From NCBI GenBank assembly GCA_013265495.1, contig MU058039.1, positions 498,591 to 562,590 on the forward strand: a DNA stretch of 64,000 nt. The letters run 5' to 3'. The translations under genes and the position numbers were made by a program. Shown here piece by piece: positions 29,276 through 54,700 of the stretch (its first letter is position 1; each line of letters opens with the position of its first letter). Below the pieces are notes generated by a model. It saw nothing but the letters and a program-made list of their open reading frames with translations, was not told where the DNA came from and made no database searches. The DNA is from Vicugna vicugna. Taxonomy: Eukaryota.

Positions 29276-29950
29276 AATTCGCTAGTGCAGTGTCACCGGA
29301 CTCGCCTCCTCCTGGCCCTGGGAACCACCTCAGGTAGGACCGTCAGCGCTTCAGAGATCCGCACTGCGCACGCGCAGCCCAGCGGCCACTCCCAGAAGTC
29401 CCCGGGGCGGCCGCTTTGCTCGGGGACTTTTACGACTCGGGACCCAACGTCCCGTAGTCCGCGAGGTGACTTCTACCTCGAGCTCCTTTTTTTGTGTCCG
29501 TTGTTGCGAACTGCGCGTGAGTAGCACCCGTCCCAGGAAAAAAGCTGCCTGGGTGGCAGCGGAAACGACTGTGCTGACGGAGCGGGAGCCCTCGAGGGAC
29601 GGTGAGTGGCGATGAGAGGGGTTTCGCGGGAGGCGCTTAAAGCGTGGAAGCCCCGAGCGCCGCTGCGGTGTCCTCCCGCCCCCTCGCGTCGGTGGGCGCT
29701 TGAGCAGCGCGGGAGGGTGGTTTTATCTGTTTTAGGGTGGGTGCGATTGTGAGACTGTGAAAGTGTGTGTTCGTTCTCGTGTGACGGAGACACCGGGTGC
29801 ATGTCCTTTTTTGTGAGCGTGGATCACAGCCGCTCAGAGCTGTCATGTGACATACAGCTCTTTGTCGGCGCTGCTGCTTCTAGTCTTCTCTCAAACGTGT
29901 TCGCCTGCCCGAAAGATACGGGCGCAATTTTGTAATCTGGTCTTCAGTCC
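29160..29950 (+). promoter_or_regulatory. CpG-island promoter and non-coding first exon of ZNF607-like gene
   Basis: Only extended CpG-dense region in window; gtgagt donors at 29517 and 29602; ~4.6 kb upstream of ATG exon. Confidence 0.8.
29365..29376. promoter_or_regulatory. NRF1 binding site
   Basis: TGCGCACGCGCA matches YGCGCAYGCGCR exactly, inside the CpG island; partial ZNF143-like actcccagaagtc follows. Confidence 0.6.
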
Positions 29951-32900
29951 TGCAGGACACCTTCCGGCAAGAAAGTACACACCAGCTGCTGAGATTGGAA
30001 TTTTAAATAAAGAATTGCCCCAGAGACAGGCTCCTAGGAACGTATGGATAGAGACTCCAAGAATAGGATTCCTTCCTCGGATAACTCTCTCTGGAAGTTC
30101 TCTGGGGTTCATTTAAGTACTTGAATGTACTTGAGAATGAAAGTATTTCTTGAGCTCTGATGGCAGAACGCTGCTGTGAACCCTAACACAGATTACTGTG
30201 TAATATATATATATATAGTCACAGCGGGTGTAGTAGCCCTGGAGGATGGAACATAATAAGTGCTCAATTCTGTCTTTATTCTATATCATTCACCCTTCAG
30301 ATTTCATTAAATCAGTATTGAACATGTAAAGTTAATGTGATGAGTGCTTGAATGTCAGAGGACTAGGTGGACTCTAGTTATTCAGAACAAGAATTTTGAA
30401 TCAGGAGTCCTTTGTATTTTGGAGCTTACAGGTGACCACAAACCCCTTGTAATTGTATAGAATTACTGCATATATTTGTAAAAATATATTTTTCAAAGGT
30501 GTGCGTAACTGAAAAGATTAAACCTGGGTAATTGATCTGCAGTCAAAGATTGTTGTACCTTGGGATGGTTTTGCACAAAATTCATGATTATACTAATTAG
30601 AATGGTTAAGAAAATCACATGACATCCATGAGATAGAATATTATGTAGAAAATAATATTTTTGTTTATAAGAACTAGTCATTACAAGGAAAAATGTCTAT
30701 GATCCTATGTTAAACAATCTTCATATTGTAAATAATAGTAATCAAGAAAATTTGAAATTGTATGTGCAGTTTATTTTAAAAAGAAAATTTTGTAAAAACT
30801 TTTGCAATGGTTATATCCAAAATGATAGTTTTGGTTTTTCAGAGAAGAATGAATGCGTTTAGCCACTTTTTTTGAGCATTTTATTTTCTGCGTACCCAGA
30901 ACTTTTGAACCTATTTGGCATGCATATTCACATTAACTTACAAAGGCAATTTCCCTTTCCATTAGAGTACTTATAGTGTAATGTCTCTAATTATATCAGT
31001 GCAGGACAGCTAAAGGATATTCAAGAACAGGTAAGTGGTATTTATTTTAATCACGTTGATTTTTTTCGTTGTAGGCCGAGTATTTACAATTTTTTTAACT
31101 TATAAATTTTTTAAATGAAGAAAACATAGCCTCTTCTCAAAGTGATGTCTATAAATGTTTATAATACTTTGAAATATCTTTGTATTTTATTTATGATGAT
31201 GGAGTTAATGCAGGCTTACTGCAAAAAAAAATTTCATTTCCTTAAGGAATATATTGAAAAAAAAAACAAAAATTACCCATAATCTCCCTACCTAGAGATA
31301 ATAACTTTAAGAATTTGGTATATATTTTTCCAGTTTTTATTTTTCCATTTTCGTGTGGGTTTTTTTTTTTTTTTGGTGCGAGCAGAATAAAATTGATCAA
31401 ATAAAGGAGACAAAGAGTCCAGCTCTTAGTTCAAAAAAGAAATCTAATCCAATGATAGGTTTCTTTATACCTCTGTATATGTAGGGAGAAGAGGGACAGG
31501 CAGAGAATCTTGTTTGAAAAGCATCACAAGTAGTTATACCTTTTAGTTATTCCAAATGTTATTTTAAACTTAATTACCAGGGCACCATATTACTAAGTAA
31601 GACATTCTTTCAGAGTTAATAATTTAGAGATTTAAGATTATTTTCAGAAAAAATAAGACTAATCTCTGATTTCCAGGTGTCTTGCAAGTGCAAACTATAT
31701 TTCCAAACATAGTTATTATACTAGAAAATAAAGATATTTATAGTCACATAAATCTCTATATTGTGCAGAGAATGAGATTCATTCTCTAGTTAGTAGTCTC
31801 AGTTTTATCATACTGTTCTTTGAACAAGTTTATGATTCTGAACAGTTTTTCTTGCTCTCAATAGCTCCTGGGGCCTGAGGAAGGGATCATTTTCTCTTTT
31901 CCTGTCTGATAATCTCCCAGTCTCTCTCTCTTTTTAATTAATGATTTTATTAAGCAGAAATCTGTTTTATCAAATGTAGCGCCTAAAATTTTAAATATTA
32001 GAATTATAAGAGAAAGTCCAAGAAGCATAAGTTTTAATATAACAAAAACAGGAAGCACCAGAATTAACTTCCTTTTATAATAAAAGATTAAGGAACATAG
32101 AATGATTTTCTTCTTCAATAATGACAGATAATTTACATTAATCAACATAATATACAATTTATATTTATATGGATTACCTTGCCTAGTCTTCAAAATAGTC
32201 ATATGTCATATGTGATACTCTTATACCTGCTTTGCTGATGAGAAAATCTGCATTGAAATATTATTAACTCTCACAGCTCAAAGCTCAATATCACTTCCTA
32301 AAAGTCTGAAAACAGTGCCTTTTTCTTAATTTCAATGGGATGCCACCTCTTAAATTATGCATACCTTTTTAACTTGCCTTCTTCCCAGGGCAATTCCTTT
32401 AGTACTGTTTTCCATCAATTTTATGGTTTAATATCATCCTTATTAAGAATGGCATAGTATGTCGCAATATAGCAGACTGTAATACATTTAACCTATTTGC
32501 CTGCTGTGAGATTTTTATGTTTTAATTTTGGACTATCAAAAATTATTCTATGATGAACATCCTTATGCAGATACCTTGTGAATGTCTATAGTTATTTCCA
32601 TTAAAATCTTTCTAATAGTGGTATTTTGTAGTAAAAAAAAAAAATAATACTTCTGTTAATTGTTTAAAATATTCCAGACCTGAAAAGTGTAATATTTGAA
32701 GTAATGCAATCACTAAAAAGATTCAGTTACTTCCTTCATAATGCTTATAATCTGTGAATGAACTTTAAATCTGAATAGGAATAATTATAAAATAGTGTGT
32801 GATAAAGGCCGCTGCTGAGATTTAGGTGACCTGCCTAAAACAGACATCAGTGTGACTATAGTGACAGTAAGCATATAAACAAACACTGAGCACATGGGAT

Positions 32901-34170
32901 CTGTATGGCAGTAAGTAGATTTTTCGTATAACTTTTGTATCTTGGAGATTTCATTCTAATGATATTAGATGCATGGCTAAATTAACAGGTGAGATAATTC
33001 AACTATCTAGATGATGTCATGACAGAACTGGCAAGTTTAGAAACAAAATAAATTCTTCTGTCAAAAAGACCTGAAATAAAGCTGTATTGACACTGTCATC
33101 ACTTCACAAAAGAGATTATTAACGGACTGTTCTCCAGTTTTTTTATAGCCAAACTTCCAACATAACTGAGAAGAAATGATAAAATAAGTTCAGGTATTGG
33201 AATCCAAAGGAAACAAGATATAAGCCATTTAGTAAAATGATCTGAATTTATAGAACAGAGAACTTTGTGGAAGTCTTCACCTTCACAAATTATAAAAAAC
33301 ACACACATATTTCAAGTTCCTATGTCAGTTGTTACAATGATTATAAAGGAAACTTGAAAAAAAAAAGAAGATCTAAGCAAAAAGATAGGGATTGCTGATG
33401 TCATGTTCTGATCATGACAAAGGCATATTTTATGTCTTCGCTAGTCTTATTTGATTGTTTCATGTATGGACTAAAAACAACTAAATGCACAGTGACTCAT
33501 TTCTAAAGACACCACCCAAAAACCAGAATAATACAAAACAACCAAAAATAAAGAGCTGTTAATATATGGCCATATAAATTTCCAGACTTCTCTGTCTTCT
33601 GTTTTATGAATGTCTGCCATTCTTCTCTCTGTATCCTTAAATATTCTTCCCAATTCAGCATTTAATAACTACTTTGTATTCTAGTATAATGTTGGTCTAT
33701 CTCATATTTAACTAGTAAGCTTGCTGGACTCAGACTGCTGAACATTCCTTGTCCATCTCTAATATTTTGATCAACTTCACCCACTTTCAAGGCCACAAAA
33801 GAGGTTCTGGTTTAGATGATGTGGTCTTTTTTCTCTCTTGAGGTTGGGAATGGAAAGAGGAAGTTCTGCTCAGAGCAGGAGAGAGCTGCCCAATCTCAGG
33901 TTCTTCTCAGCCTCATCACAATGGTACATTGGCCAGAAAATTTTCTACTGGAATATTTGGATCTGGCTTCAATGCAGAAATGACTGCAGCTGAGGTCCCT
34001 GGGAATTGAGTGAGGAAATGGATCTGTCTGGAATCCTAACTTATCCAAGTTGTGTGTGATGCGAGGTGATTCTGAGTCTGGAATGGAAGAGCATAAGTGA
34101 TAATATTAACTTGAGTCCAGTGGGCAAACACTAAAACACATCTGGTCTCAGGGTCTTTCTCTTCTCCCAG

Positions 34171-34244
34171 GTCTGGGTTTTCTGGACTCTGCTTTTCTGG
34201 TAGAGGAACCCGGAAGTTTGATCAGCTCTTGCAGGCCTAAAAAC

Positions 34245-34253
<9 letters not shown>
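34171..34253 (+). CDS. ZNF607: ZNF607-like exon with start codon (ATG GCC CAT at 34245-34253)
   Basis: Acceptor tctttctcttctcccag ends 34170; aacATGG Kozak context; donor gtaagt at 34254. Confidence 0.82.
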
Positions 34254-45963
<11,710 letters not shown>

Positions 45964-46739
45964 TAGACAATGGAATTATAACACTTAAGAAAAAATTTAA
46001 ATGAAGAGAATATGAGAAGTTTTTACATGGTTTAGTTCTTTTAAGGCATCACATAATTTACACTGGCAAGAACTCCTTGGAATCTAAAGTGTTTGAAGTT
46101 TTTCAGTTATGACTCAAGTACTGTTCACCTTCAGAGAATTTGTATTGTACTTTATATTAGAAAGTCTTTTATGGCATTCCTCTTTGTTTTACCATTCACT
46201 GGGTGGCCAGGCTCTGTGGCCAAGGTTATAAGGCAGATAAGTGCCACTTAAGGAAAAGACTAGTGCATGATTTGAAGTCATTGAGAGCAGAAAAAAACAC
46301 ATACCAGGATTAAGTAGCACAGTGATTACTTACAGCAAGAGAGGAGACAGAATGCACAAGATGTATGACTTGCAGTGTGTTAGCGACCCATGGCCAGCAG
46401 ATCACCTCCACATCTGACAAGCATGACTTAGCTGCACACAGCCCACTTTGTTCTGCAGTGGCAGGACACCAACTCCTTCCCCATAGGGTCTGACATCCCA
46501 AAAACTGGAGGCTTGCCTGTGTGCCACTAACATCTATGATTAAACACAGCAAAGGAGTACACATTGAGTCTGACACAGAGATAGCTATTCATATACAAGG
46601 CAGTAAGCCCAGCGGAGGTTGTGAGGGATCTTTATTTTTTGGTAAAGAAGTATTGCAGGCCCAACAGGTCCCATTCTTTTTTCCCCACCAGCTTTACTGA
46701 AGTATAATTGACCAGTAACACCATAAATTTAAGGCGTAT

Positions 46740-47830
46740 AAGTGGTGCTTAAGGGGAAATTTATAGCTATAAATGTTTATATTAAAAAACGAAAAGTTTC
46801 AAACTTTAACAGCCTAATTTTACAGTTTAAGGAACTAGAAAAATAATAAACAACACAAAGTAGCAGAAGGAAGGAAACAGTAAAGGTTAGAGCAGTGATA
46901 TATGAAATGAGAGAATAGAGTAGCAACAGAAAATCATGAAACCAAAAGTTGGGTCTTCAAAAAGGTCAACAGAATTGGCAAACCTTTAGCTAGATGAAGT
47001 AAGAAGAAAGGGAGGAGAGTCAAATTACTAAAATCATAAGTGAAAGTGGGAGGACATTACGATTGATTTTATAGACATGGGCAATGGACTTGATGAGACA
47101 TTTTTCCAAAGAAGATAATATGAATGAGGAATAAGCATATGAAAACATGCTTAACATCACCAATCATTAAGGAAATGCAAATCCAAACTACAGTGAAATA
47201 CCACCTCACATCTATTAAGATGGCTACTATTAAAAAAGAAAGTATAGGAAAGGATGTAGAGAAATTGGAACCCTTCTGCACTATTGGTGGGAATGTAAAA
47301 TGGTACGACCATTGTAGAAAACAGTATGTAGATACCTCAAAAGACTAAATACAGAATTACATATGATCCAGCAATTCCACTTCTGGGTATGTACCTAAAA
47401 TAATTGAGGTCAAGGTCTCTAAGGGCTAGTTCTACACTCATATTCATAGCAAATGTTGTAAATTCATAGAATAGAATGCTATTCAGCCTTTAAAAAGAAG
47501 GAAATTCAGCAATATGCAGCACATAAATGAACCTTGAAGACATTTTGGTAAATGGAATAAACGGTCGCAAAAGGCAAATATTCTACTTATGCGAGATACA
47601 TAGAGTAGTCCGAAATCATGGAACTTGTCAAGTGGTTGCCAGTGGCTGGGGGAGGGAAGAATAGGGAGTTATTGTTTAATAGGTATAGCGTTTTAGTGTT
47701 ACAGAATGAAGAGTTATGGGGTTGAATGGTGGTGATGACTACACACAGTATCTGTGTATTGAATACTACTGAAGGATATACTTAAAAATGGTTCAGATGG
47801 TAAATTTTATATTATGTGTATTTTAGAACA
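46740..47830 (+). mobile_element. L1 fragments (ORF2 segment joined to ORF2 C-terminus and 3' UTR)
   Basis: Peptide KHMKTCLTSPIIKEMQIQTTVKYHLT; ggggaaatttatagctataaatg ORF2 segment; L1M-type 3' UTR. Confidence 0.8.
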
Positions 47831-47834
47831 ATCC

Positions 47835-48170
47835 ATGGACTGAATAGCTTAAGTTAGTTTTCTCACAGTTCTGGAGACTGGAAAGTCAAGATATCAGGTA
47901 TGGTTTCTTGAGGTCTCTCTTTGACTTGCAGCTGGCTGCCTTCTCACTGTGTGTGTACATGGCCTTTTCTCTCTGTGTGTGCATTCCTCTGGTCTCTGTA
48001 AGTCCTAGTCTTGTTATAGGGACATTAGTAAGACTGGATTAGGGTCCACCTAAATGGCCTCATTTTAACTTAGTTACCTCTTTAAAGCCCTGTCTCCAAA
48101 TACAATCACATTCTAAGGAACTAGGGGTTAGGATTTCAATACATGAATTTTGGGGAGGCACATTTAAGTT
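47835..48170 (-). mobile_element. MLT1-like MaLR LTR
   Basis: ttctcacagttctggagactggaaagtcaagat...ttacctctttaaagccctgtctccaaatacaatcacattct. Confidence 0.7.
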
Positions 48171-48939
48171 CAGGACTGGTCAGTCTGATGAAGCATAGCC
48201 CTGTATTAATGTTAAGTTACGTGGTTTACTGATGTGAAGAACATTACATGTGCCCAAATTGATTATTATAAAAGAATCTTAATGGTGCTATTGCTGTTAC
48301 TATACTAAAATTCATGTTTCTCTTGCCTGCTATTTATAATGCTAACACTCCCCCTCCTCAAAAAAAATTCCGTAGCTAGGTTTGAAAATACATTTATTTC
48401 TTCTTATTAAAAATTTTTTTAAATCAGCAAATGAGTTTTTAGGAAAGATGAGGAGAAGATGTTCCCCTAACTTCATTAGCAGGAGAGAAAAACATGATCA
48501 AGGAATCTGATCAATGTCAAATTGAGAACATTAACAAGAGGCCAAATACCCTTATGTTGTACAATAAGATATGTGTAAATATAATTATTACTTATTCTCT
48601 ATTCTTTCATTATATACTATTCCTGTAAATTTTTTTTGGAGGATACTGAAAAACCTGAGACTGTTGTAAAGTTTTGTAAAACCAACAATAAATCTCTTTT
48701 TGAAATTTTTATTTGAAAGGCTCTGAAACATTTTTGTCTTATTTGATAATTCGGTGCTCTGTTAATTAAATTAATGGTATTTCTACCCTTTAAAATGTAT
48801 AAATATCTGGAAGGTTTTTCAGACAAGAAATTGATTCTCGCTTCCTTTTTCTAGTCACATACACAGTTACATAATGAAATTCATGGATTCCTTTTGCAAA
48901 CCCAGAATGATTCCAGATCCTTTGTCTCCTGGTATTTTA

Positions 48940-49615
48940 TTTTTTAACATTTTTTTTAGTTGAGTTATAGTCAGTTTGCAATGTTGTGTCAATTTCCAGT
49001 GTAGAGCACAACTTTTCAGTTATACATGAACATACATATATTCATTGTCACATTCTTTTTCACTGTGAGCTACCACAAGATCTTGTATATATTTCCCTGT
49101 GCTATACAGTATAATCTTGTTTATCTATTATGCATATGTCTGTCAGTATCTACAAATTTTGAACTCCCGGTCTGTCCCTTCCCACCTCCCTCCCCCTTGG
49201 CAACTACAAGTTTGTATTCTATGTCTATGAGTCTGTTTCTGTTTTGTATTTATGTTTTGTTTTGTTTTTTTAGATTCCGCATATGAGCAATCTCATGTGG
49301 TATTTTTCTTTCTCTTTCTGGCTTACTTCACTTAGAATGACATTCTCCAGGGACATCCATGTTGCTGCAAATGGCATTATGTTGTCATTTTAATGGCTGA
49401 ATAGTATTCCATTGTATAAATATGCCACTTCTTCTTTATCCAGTCATCTGTCGATGAACATTTAGGCTGTTTCCATATCTTGGCCATTGTAAATAGTGCT
49501 GCTATGAACATTGGGGCACAGGTGTATTTTTGAAGTAGGGTTCCTTCTGGATATATGTCCAGGAGCGGGATTCCTGGGTCATATAGTAAGTCTGTTCCTA
49601 GTCTTTTGAGAAATC
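48940..49615 (-). mobile_element. Lineage-specific 5'-truncated L1 3' end
   Basis: T-rich tail and well-preserved antisense 3' UTR/ORF2 end; probable TSD tgtctcct(gg/ta)tatttta at 48923-48939 and 49616-49632. Confidence 0.85.
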
Positions 49616-49646
49616 TGTCTCCTTATATTTTAAATTAACATGATTT

Positions 49647-49812
49647 TGGGAAATATATACAAGATCTTATGGTATCTCACGGGGAAAAACAATGTGACAA
49701 TGAATATATATATGTTCATTTATAACTGAAAAATTGTGCTCTACACTGGAATTTGATACAACATTGTAAAATGATTATAAATCAATAAAAATGTTTTAGA
49801 AATTAATTAATT
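49647..49812 (+). mobile_element. Short L1 3' end of the same family, opposite orientation
   Basis: Reverse complement of ~48960-49091; perfect 14-bp TSD aattaacatgattt at 49633-49646 and 49813-49826. Confidence 0.85.
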
Positions 49813-51123
49813 AATTAACATGATTTCACTCTGCACAAACAAAACAATGAACATATACTTAAAGGGGAAAAACAGGGAAAATACTAAGAGTGTATCGGGA
49901 TGGAGGGAATATTTAACTTTATTTTTCATAAGTTCCTTAGGATACTGAATTTTTGCAACACTTACATGATTTGCATTACCAGAAAATACATTTTAAAATA
50001 TACTAAAGATGTTGTAGAGGAAAAAAAAATGTTACTGAAGAGGTGGTTCATTCCAGCAATTATGAAAATTGAATCTTATGTCTGGCATTAGAAATAAGTA
50101 CAGTTGAAACAAATTATGACCTACAGTCCTTGATATCCTAAATCTCTACAAAACTATTACTTTCACTGCAAGATTCTATTGAGAATACCTCCCCCCTCCA
50201 CTGAAGCTTCTTTGTTTTAGAGATCTTGGTTGACTTCAATAAGTGACCATTTGGGCTACTTGTATTTTCTTTTCCTTCATTTTAAATTCCTGCTCTTATG
50301 TTTTAAATTCACCAGTAAAGAGTGAGCCTGCCCTTGACTCAGATAAAAGCAGAATCCCAGGCCTGCTCTCTTACTCTCTCTCCTGCTCTCTTCCTACAAC
50401 CTTGCTGTGGCCCCAGATGTGCTGTATAGTATCTAGGACTTATAAGTAGTAAATTTCTATTTTTTCAAAGTTTCCTGATGCTTGATGCTGAAGGGTATCT
50501 TGCAGTCATAAGAACCACAAGGGCTGGTCTCATGACATTGGTTGGTGAAAAGCTGGGACCGGCACAAAACAACATGTAAGTGGCATTTGCACGTTGAATC
50601 AGAGAATAAATGAAAAGTAGAACAGTGTTACGTACACAATAGATGTTCAATAAATGTAGTCACACTTATCCCCTTCTTCAGTAAATATAATACACAGTAA
50701 ATATGTATTATTTTGCACATAATCCTACTACAGCGTCATGCAAAACTCCAGTATTAAATGGGATTCAATACAACTTTTATGCAGTGAAGCCCACCCCATG
50801 CATAATACAAAAGAGAGGGGTGAAAATTTTTGCTGTGACAAAGGTTTCTGGTAGGCATAATATTGTGCAATGTGAAAAATATTTTTTTCCTGTAAATTTC
50901 AGGCTCAAAATTCAGTGACCTTAACAAGGACCCAAACTCACTCTCTCCTTTTCTACAGTGAGAAAACATACAGTACAGTCTCACTTTATCCAGCTTATCT
51001 CAACCTGGAAACACGGCTTTGCCACTAAACAGTATAACTTTGTATGTCTTTTGATCTCAGAAGCTTTAACTCTAAAATGGAAATATATATGGTAAACACC
51101 TGTGATGTTTCAGGTGTCAGCGG

Positions 51124-51332
51124 CATTTTAGGAAAGAGATAACATACACACCAACATGCATAGACACACAAATACACACACAAACATAAGGTATGGTTAG
51201 ATTAGGAACCCAAGTTCAAGACCTCACACCAGTCAAGCACTCAATGACCCCGGGGGTCACATCACTGACTCAACAGTGGACTCACACACAGCCTGAGGCC
51301 TCGGAAAAGAAGAGCTCCGCAGTCTCCTCAGA
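51124..51332. repeat. Third, orphan copy of the promoter-proximal module
   Basis: tttaggaaagagata...cacacaca...ttcaag...gtcacatcactgactcaacag...ctgaggcctcggaaaagaagagctccgcagtc aligns by eye with 29091-29275. Confidence 0.7.
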
Positions 51333-51780
51333 AAATAATGCCGTTTGCCGTGACATGGATGGACCTAGAGACCGTCATCCTAAGTGAAGTAAGCCAGAAA
51401 GAGAAAGAAAAATACAATGTGACAACTAAAAAAAAAAAGAAAGAAAGAAAAAAAGAGGACACTAATGAAATCACCTACAACACAGGAACAGACTCGCAGA
51501 CATAGTAAACAATCTTATGGTTACCAGAGGAGAGGAGGTGGGAAGGGATCAATTTGGGAGTTTGAAATTTGCAAATGATAAACACTATATATAAAAATAG
51601 GTTAAAAAATGAATTTCTTTGATATAGCACAGGGAACTATATTCAATATCTTGTAATAACCTTTAATAAAAAATATGGAAACAAATATATACACATATAT
51701 GCATAACCGAGACATTATGCTGTACACCAGAAACTGACACATTGTAACTGACTGTACTTCAAAAAATATATTTTAAAAAA
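51333..51780 (+). mobile_element. L1 3' end
   Basis: aataatgccgtttgccgtgacatggatggacctagag...tatagcacagggaactatattcaatatcttgtaata...actgactgtacttcaaaaaa. Confidence 0.85.
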
Positions 51781-54700
51781 TATGGATTATTTCTTTACTT
51801 TTCTTAAAATAGCTTTGACTGTATTGTATATTGGTAATGATGTCAGCGGTATTATATATTGGTAGCTATGATGTCAGCTATGATGTAACCTACAAGTCTA
51901 TGTCCATTTGTTTCAGATGGAGAATCTGATATTCTGTTTACTCATTCACCATCTGATAGTTAACACCATTGTCCCATACAAGTTTACATTTTAGAATTAA
52001 ATATACAAAAGGAAAAATAATTTGAATCTCAATCTTTCAGGCTTTCAGTCGTTTCCTCTGATTTAATGCAAATTGTATCAACATTTTGTGGTTAATCTAT
52101 TGTTTGCTTTTGGTTATGGGTAAATAATCTGTATTGTACTTGACTTAGAATGTTTGTATTTATATGTGAGATTGTATTCTAATTTCCTTTTGTATTATGT
52201 TTTTAATGTTTAATATTGCATTTACTAGATTTTTAAAGATTAAAAGCTTAAAAAGTTTAAAAGATAGGATTTGTCTTTGAAAAGTTATGGAGCTTTTTAT
52301 ATCTGTTGATTTATTTTTAACGTTAGATCTTTAATCTCCTTAAAAGAAGCATCTTTTTACATGAGACTCTCAGTAAAAGTCAAGTGTCATGTGTTTTGGG
52401 CAATGCTAATTGGGACACCAAAGCCCCTCTGGAAAGATATAAAATGCAGTTTGGCTCCTTAAAAATATTTACATACTTCTCAGCAACCACATTTGGATCG
52501 ATAGATTCTTTCATGTCTGAGTTTCTATAGAGCTAATATATAGAAATATTCACTAATTAGAAATATTAGAAATACTACTTTATAGTCATTAATTAGAAAA
52601 TCTTGCTAATTTAGGACTATCTAGCATTTCAAAGTATTCATTAATATTTGCCTTTGTTTAAAGCCATTTTCTAACCTTTTAATCTATTAGCATTTCATTA
52701 AACATTAATCAACATTTCTCTAAATACTTGCTTTATTTAGACAACTAGTAAACCAAATCTTTAAAGATTAGTGATCAGTTGCAAACGTAAGCTCTTTGAA
52801 CATCTGAAAATTGGAAATTTAATGTTTCTTTTAAATCACCTAAAATCTGTATAGAGGCAACATTCACAAAAGATTGAAATGTTCATAAAACTTACCAGTA
52901 AACTTGGAGTAATTTTTTAAAAACGTATTACTATAGATTCAATTCTTTTTTCTCTATTCTTATGCTTTTTTAAATTTATATTTTAATTTCTTCCCAGTTT
53001 TTCTTCTTTGGCCTTTTTTCCTCCTTGGGAGAAGTTTTATAATTTATGGTTTCAATATTCTCACCCTACAGATAAGACGGCAGGATCTGAGTGATCAAGC
53101 AGTTGTTTCTTGATCAGATCACTGGGGCTGGTCAGAGTCGATGTGATCCTGAACTCCTTTAAGTCTTTTTTCTTTTTTTAATTTAATAACACATTTAAAG
53201 AATTATGGTAAATATAATATAAAATTTACTATTTTGAACTATTTTAAGTATACAGTTCAGTGGTATTAAGTATATTCATATTGCTGTGCAGCCATCACCA
53301 CCATCCATCTCTAGAACTCTTTTCATCTTCCAAAACTGAAACTCTATACCTATCAAACAGTAGCTCCCCATTCCTCCTCCACTCGACCTGGCAACCACCA
53401 TTATACTTTCTGTCTCTGATTTTGACTATTCTAAGTACCTTATGTAAATAGAGTCATATGCTATTTGTCTTTTTGTGACTAGTTTATTTGTAGAATCTCT
53501 TCTCTCTTTTGGTTAGTATTTGCGTGGAATATATTTTTGCATCCTTTCACCTTCTACATCTAAAGTGAGTCTCTTGTCAACAACATATAGTCCAATGATT
53601 TTTATGCATTCTGCCAGCCTCTGTCTTTTAATTACAGAATTTAATCCATTTACTTTTATTACTGGTAAAGAGAGAATTACTTGTATCATTTTACTATTTG
53701 TCTTCTATCTGTCTTACAGCTTTCTTTGTCCCCCATTTCCTGTATTACTGTCTTCTTTTGTGTTTAACTGATTTTTTGCAATGAAATGTTTTGATTCCTC
53801 TCTCATTTCCTTTCATATATATTCTATAGCTATTTTCTTTGTAGTTACCATGGGGGTTACATTTAACATCCTAACATAACACTCCAATTTGAATTTATAC
53901 AGCTTAACTTTTGAGTCTTTTTTAATAATAAAAATTAACAAATTAAGTTGTAGGATATTTAAGTCAAAATCTGTCCTCATGAATTAAAGTTTTATCAATG
54001 TTATGTTTTTCCATCATTAGAATATATTAAACATTTCAGTTTGCTTTTTTAAAATATGTACTTTGCTTCTTATTAAAACTGTTAGTTCTTTTAAAAATAA
54101 TTGATAGATATTTCAACTCCTAGGAAATAACTGATTTGATCTGTTGTTAGATTTTCTCTTTAGGACATTTGGCAATTTTATTTTTGAAATGCCACTGAAT
54201 CCTCCAACTGTTTGGCTATTGTTTGTGACATACCTGGTGCTGATGTCCTGTTGGACCCCCTTCTGTGTGATTATTCTCAGTGACCATCAGTGTTTATCCA
54301 TTTTTCCTTTTCTTAGTACAATCTTTATTTCTTTCATGCCTGCTTGGATTTCATATTTGAATTATTTCCCTCCCTATTTACACAGATTAACAAAGTTAGA
54401 TATAGATACTGAGAAGAAATACTTGTTTGTAAAAACACTCTTATTGGTATCAACGGTACAATGCACACATATCTTATGTCATCCATATTTATATAACTAC
54501 TTTCGTACATTTTATAGTCACATTTTTCCAACCATTTTGTCTTATTTTAATGATACCCATCATTTTATGCCTATAATTTAAATGATATTGTCATTGTCAT
54601 TTTATACTTAAATGGAACAGCTTCACCCATAGCAGTCTCACTACACTGACTCCTTTCTCTTTAGCACTGTCCATGATTTCCTGGAGAGCATAACATTTTT

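Noticed and set aside
29285..30116. Several overlapping 70-110 aa ORFs on both strands
   Set aside because: Expected from high GC content of the CpG island; no recognisable protein similarity.
31360..32200. Possible ERV internal/LTR remnant with purine tract on minus strand, and ORF 31858-32202
   Set aside because: Could not define termini or family by eye; the ORF is AT-rich with no coding signature.
53080..53160. Short GC-richer stretch with tgatcaag/cttgatca hairpin
   Set aside because: Stem too short and no recognisable snoRNA or miRNA features; probably a repeat fragment.
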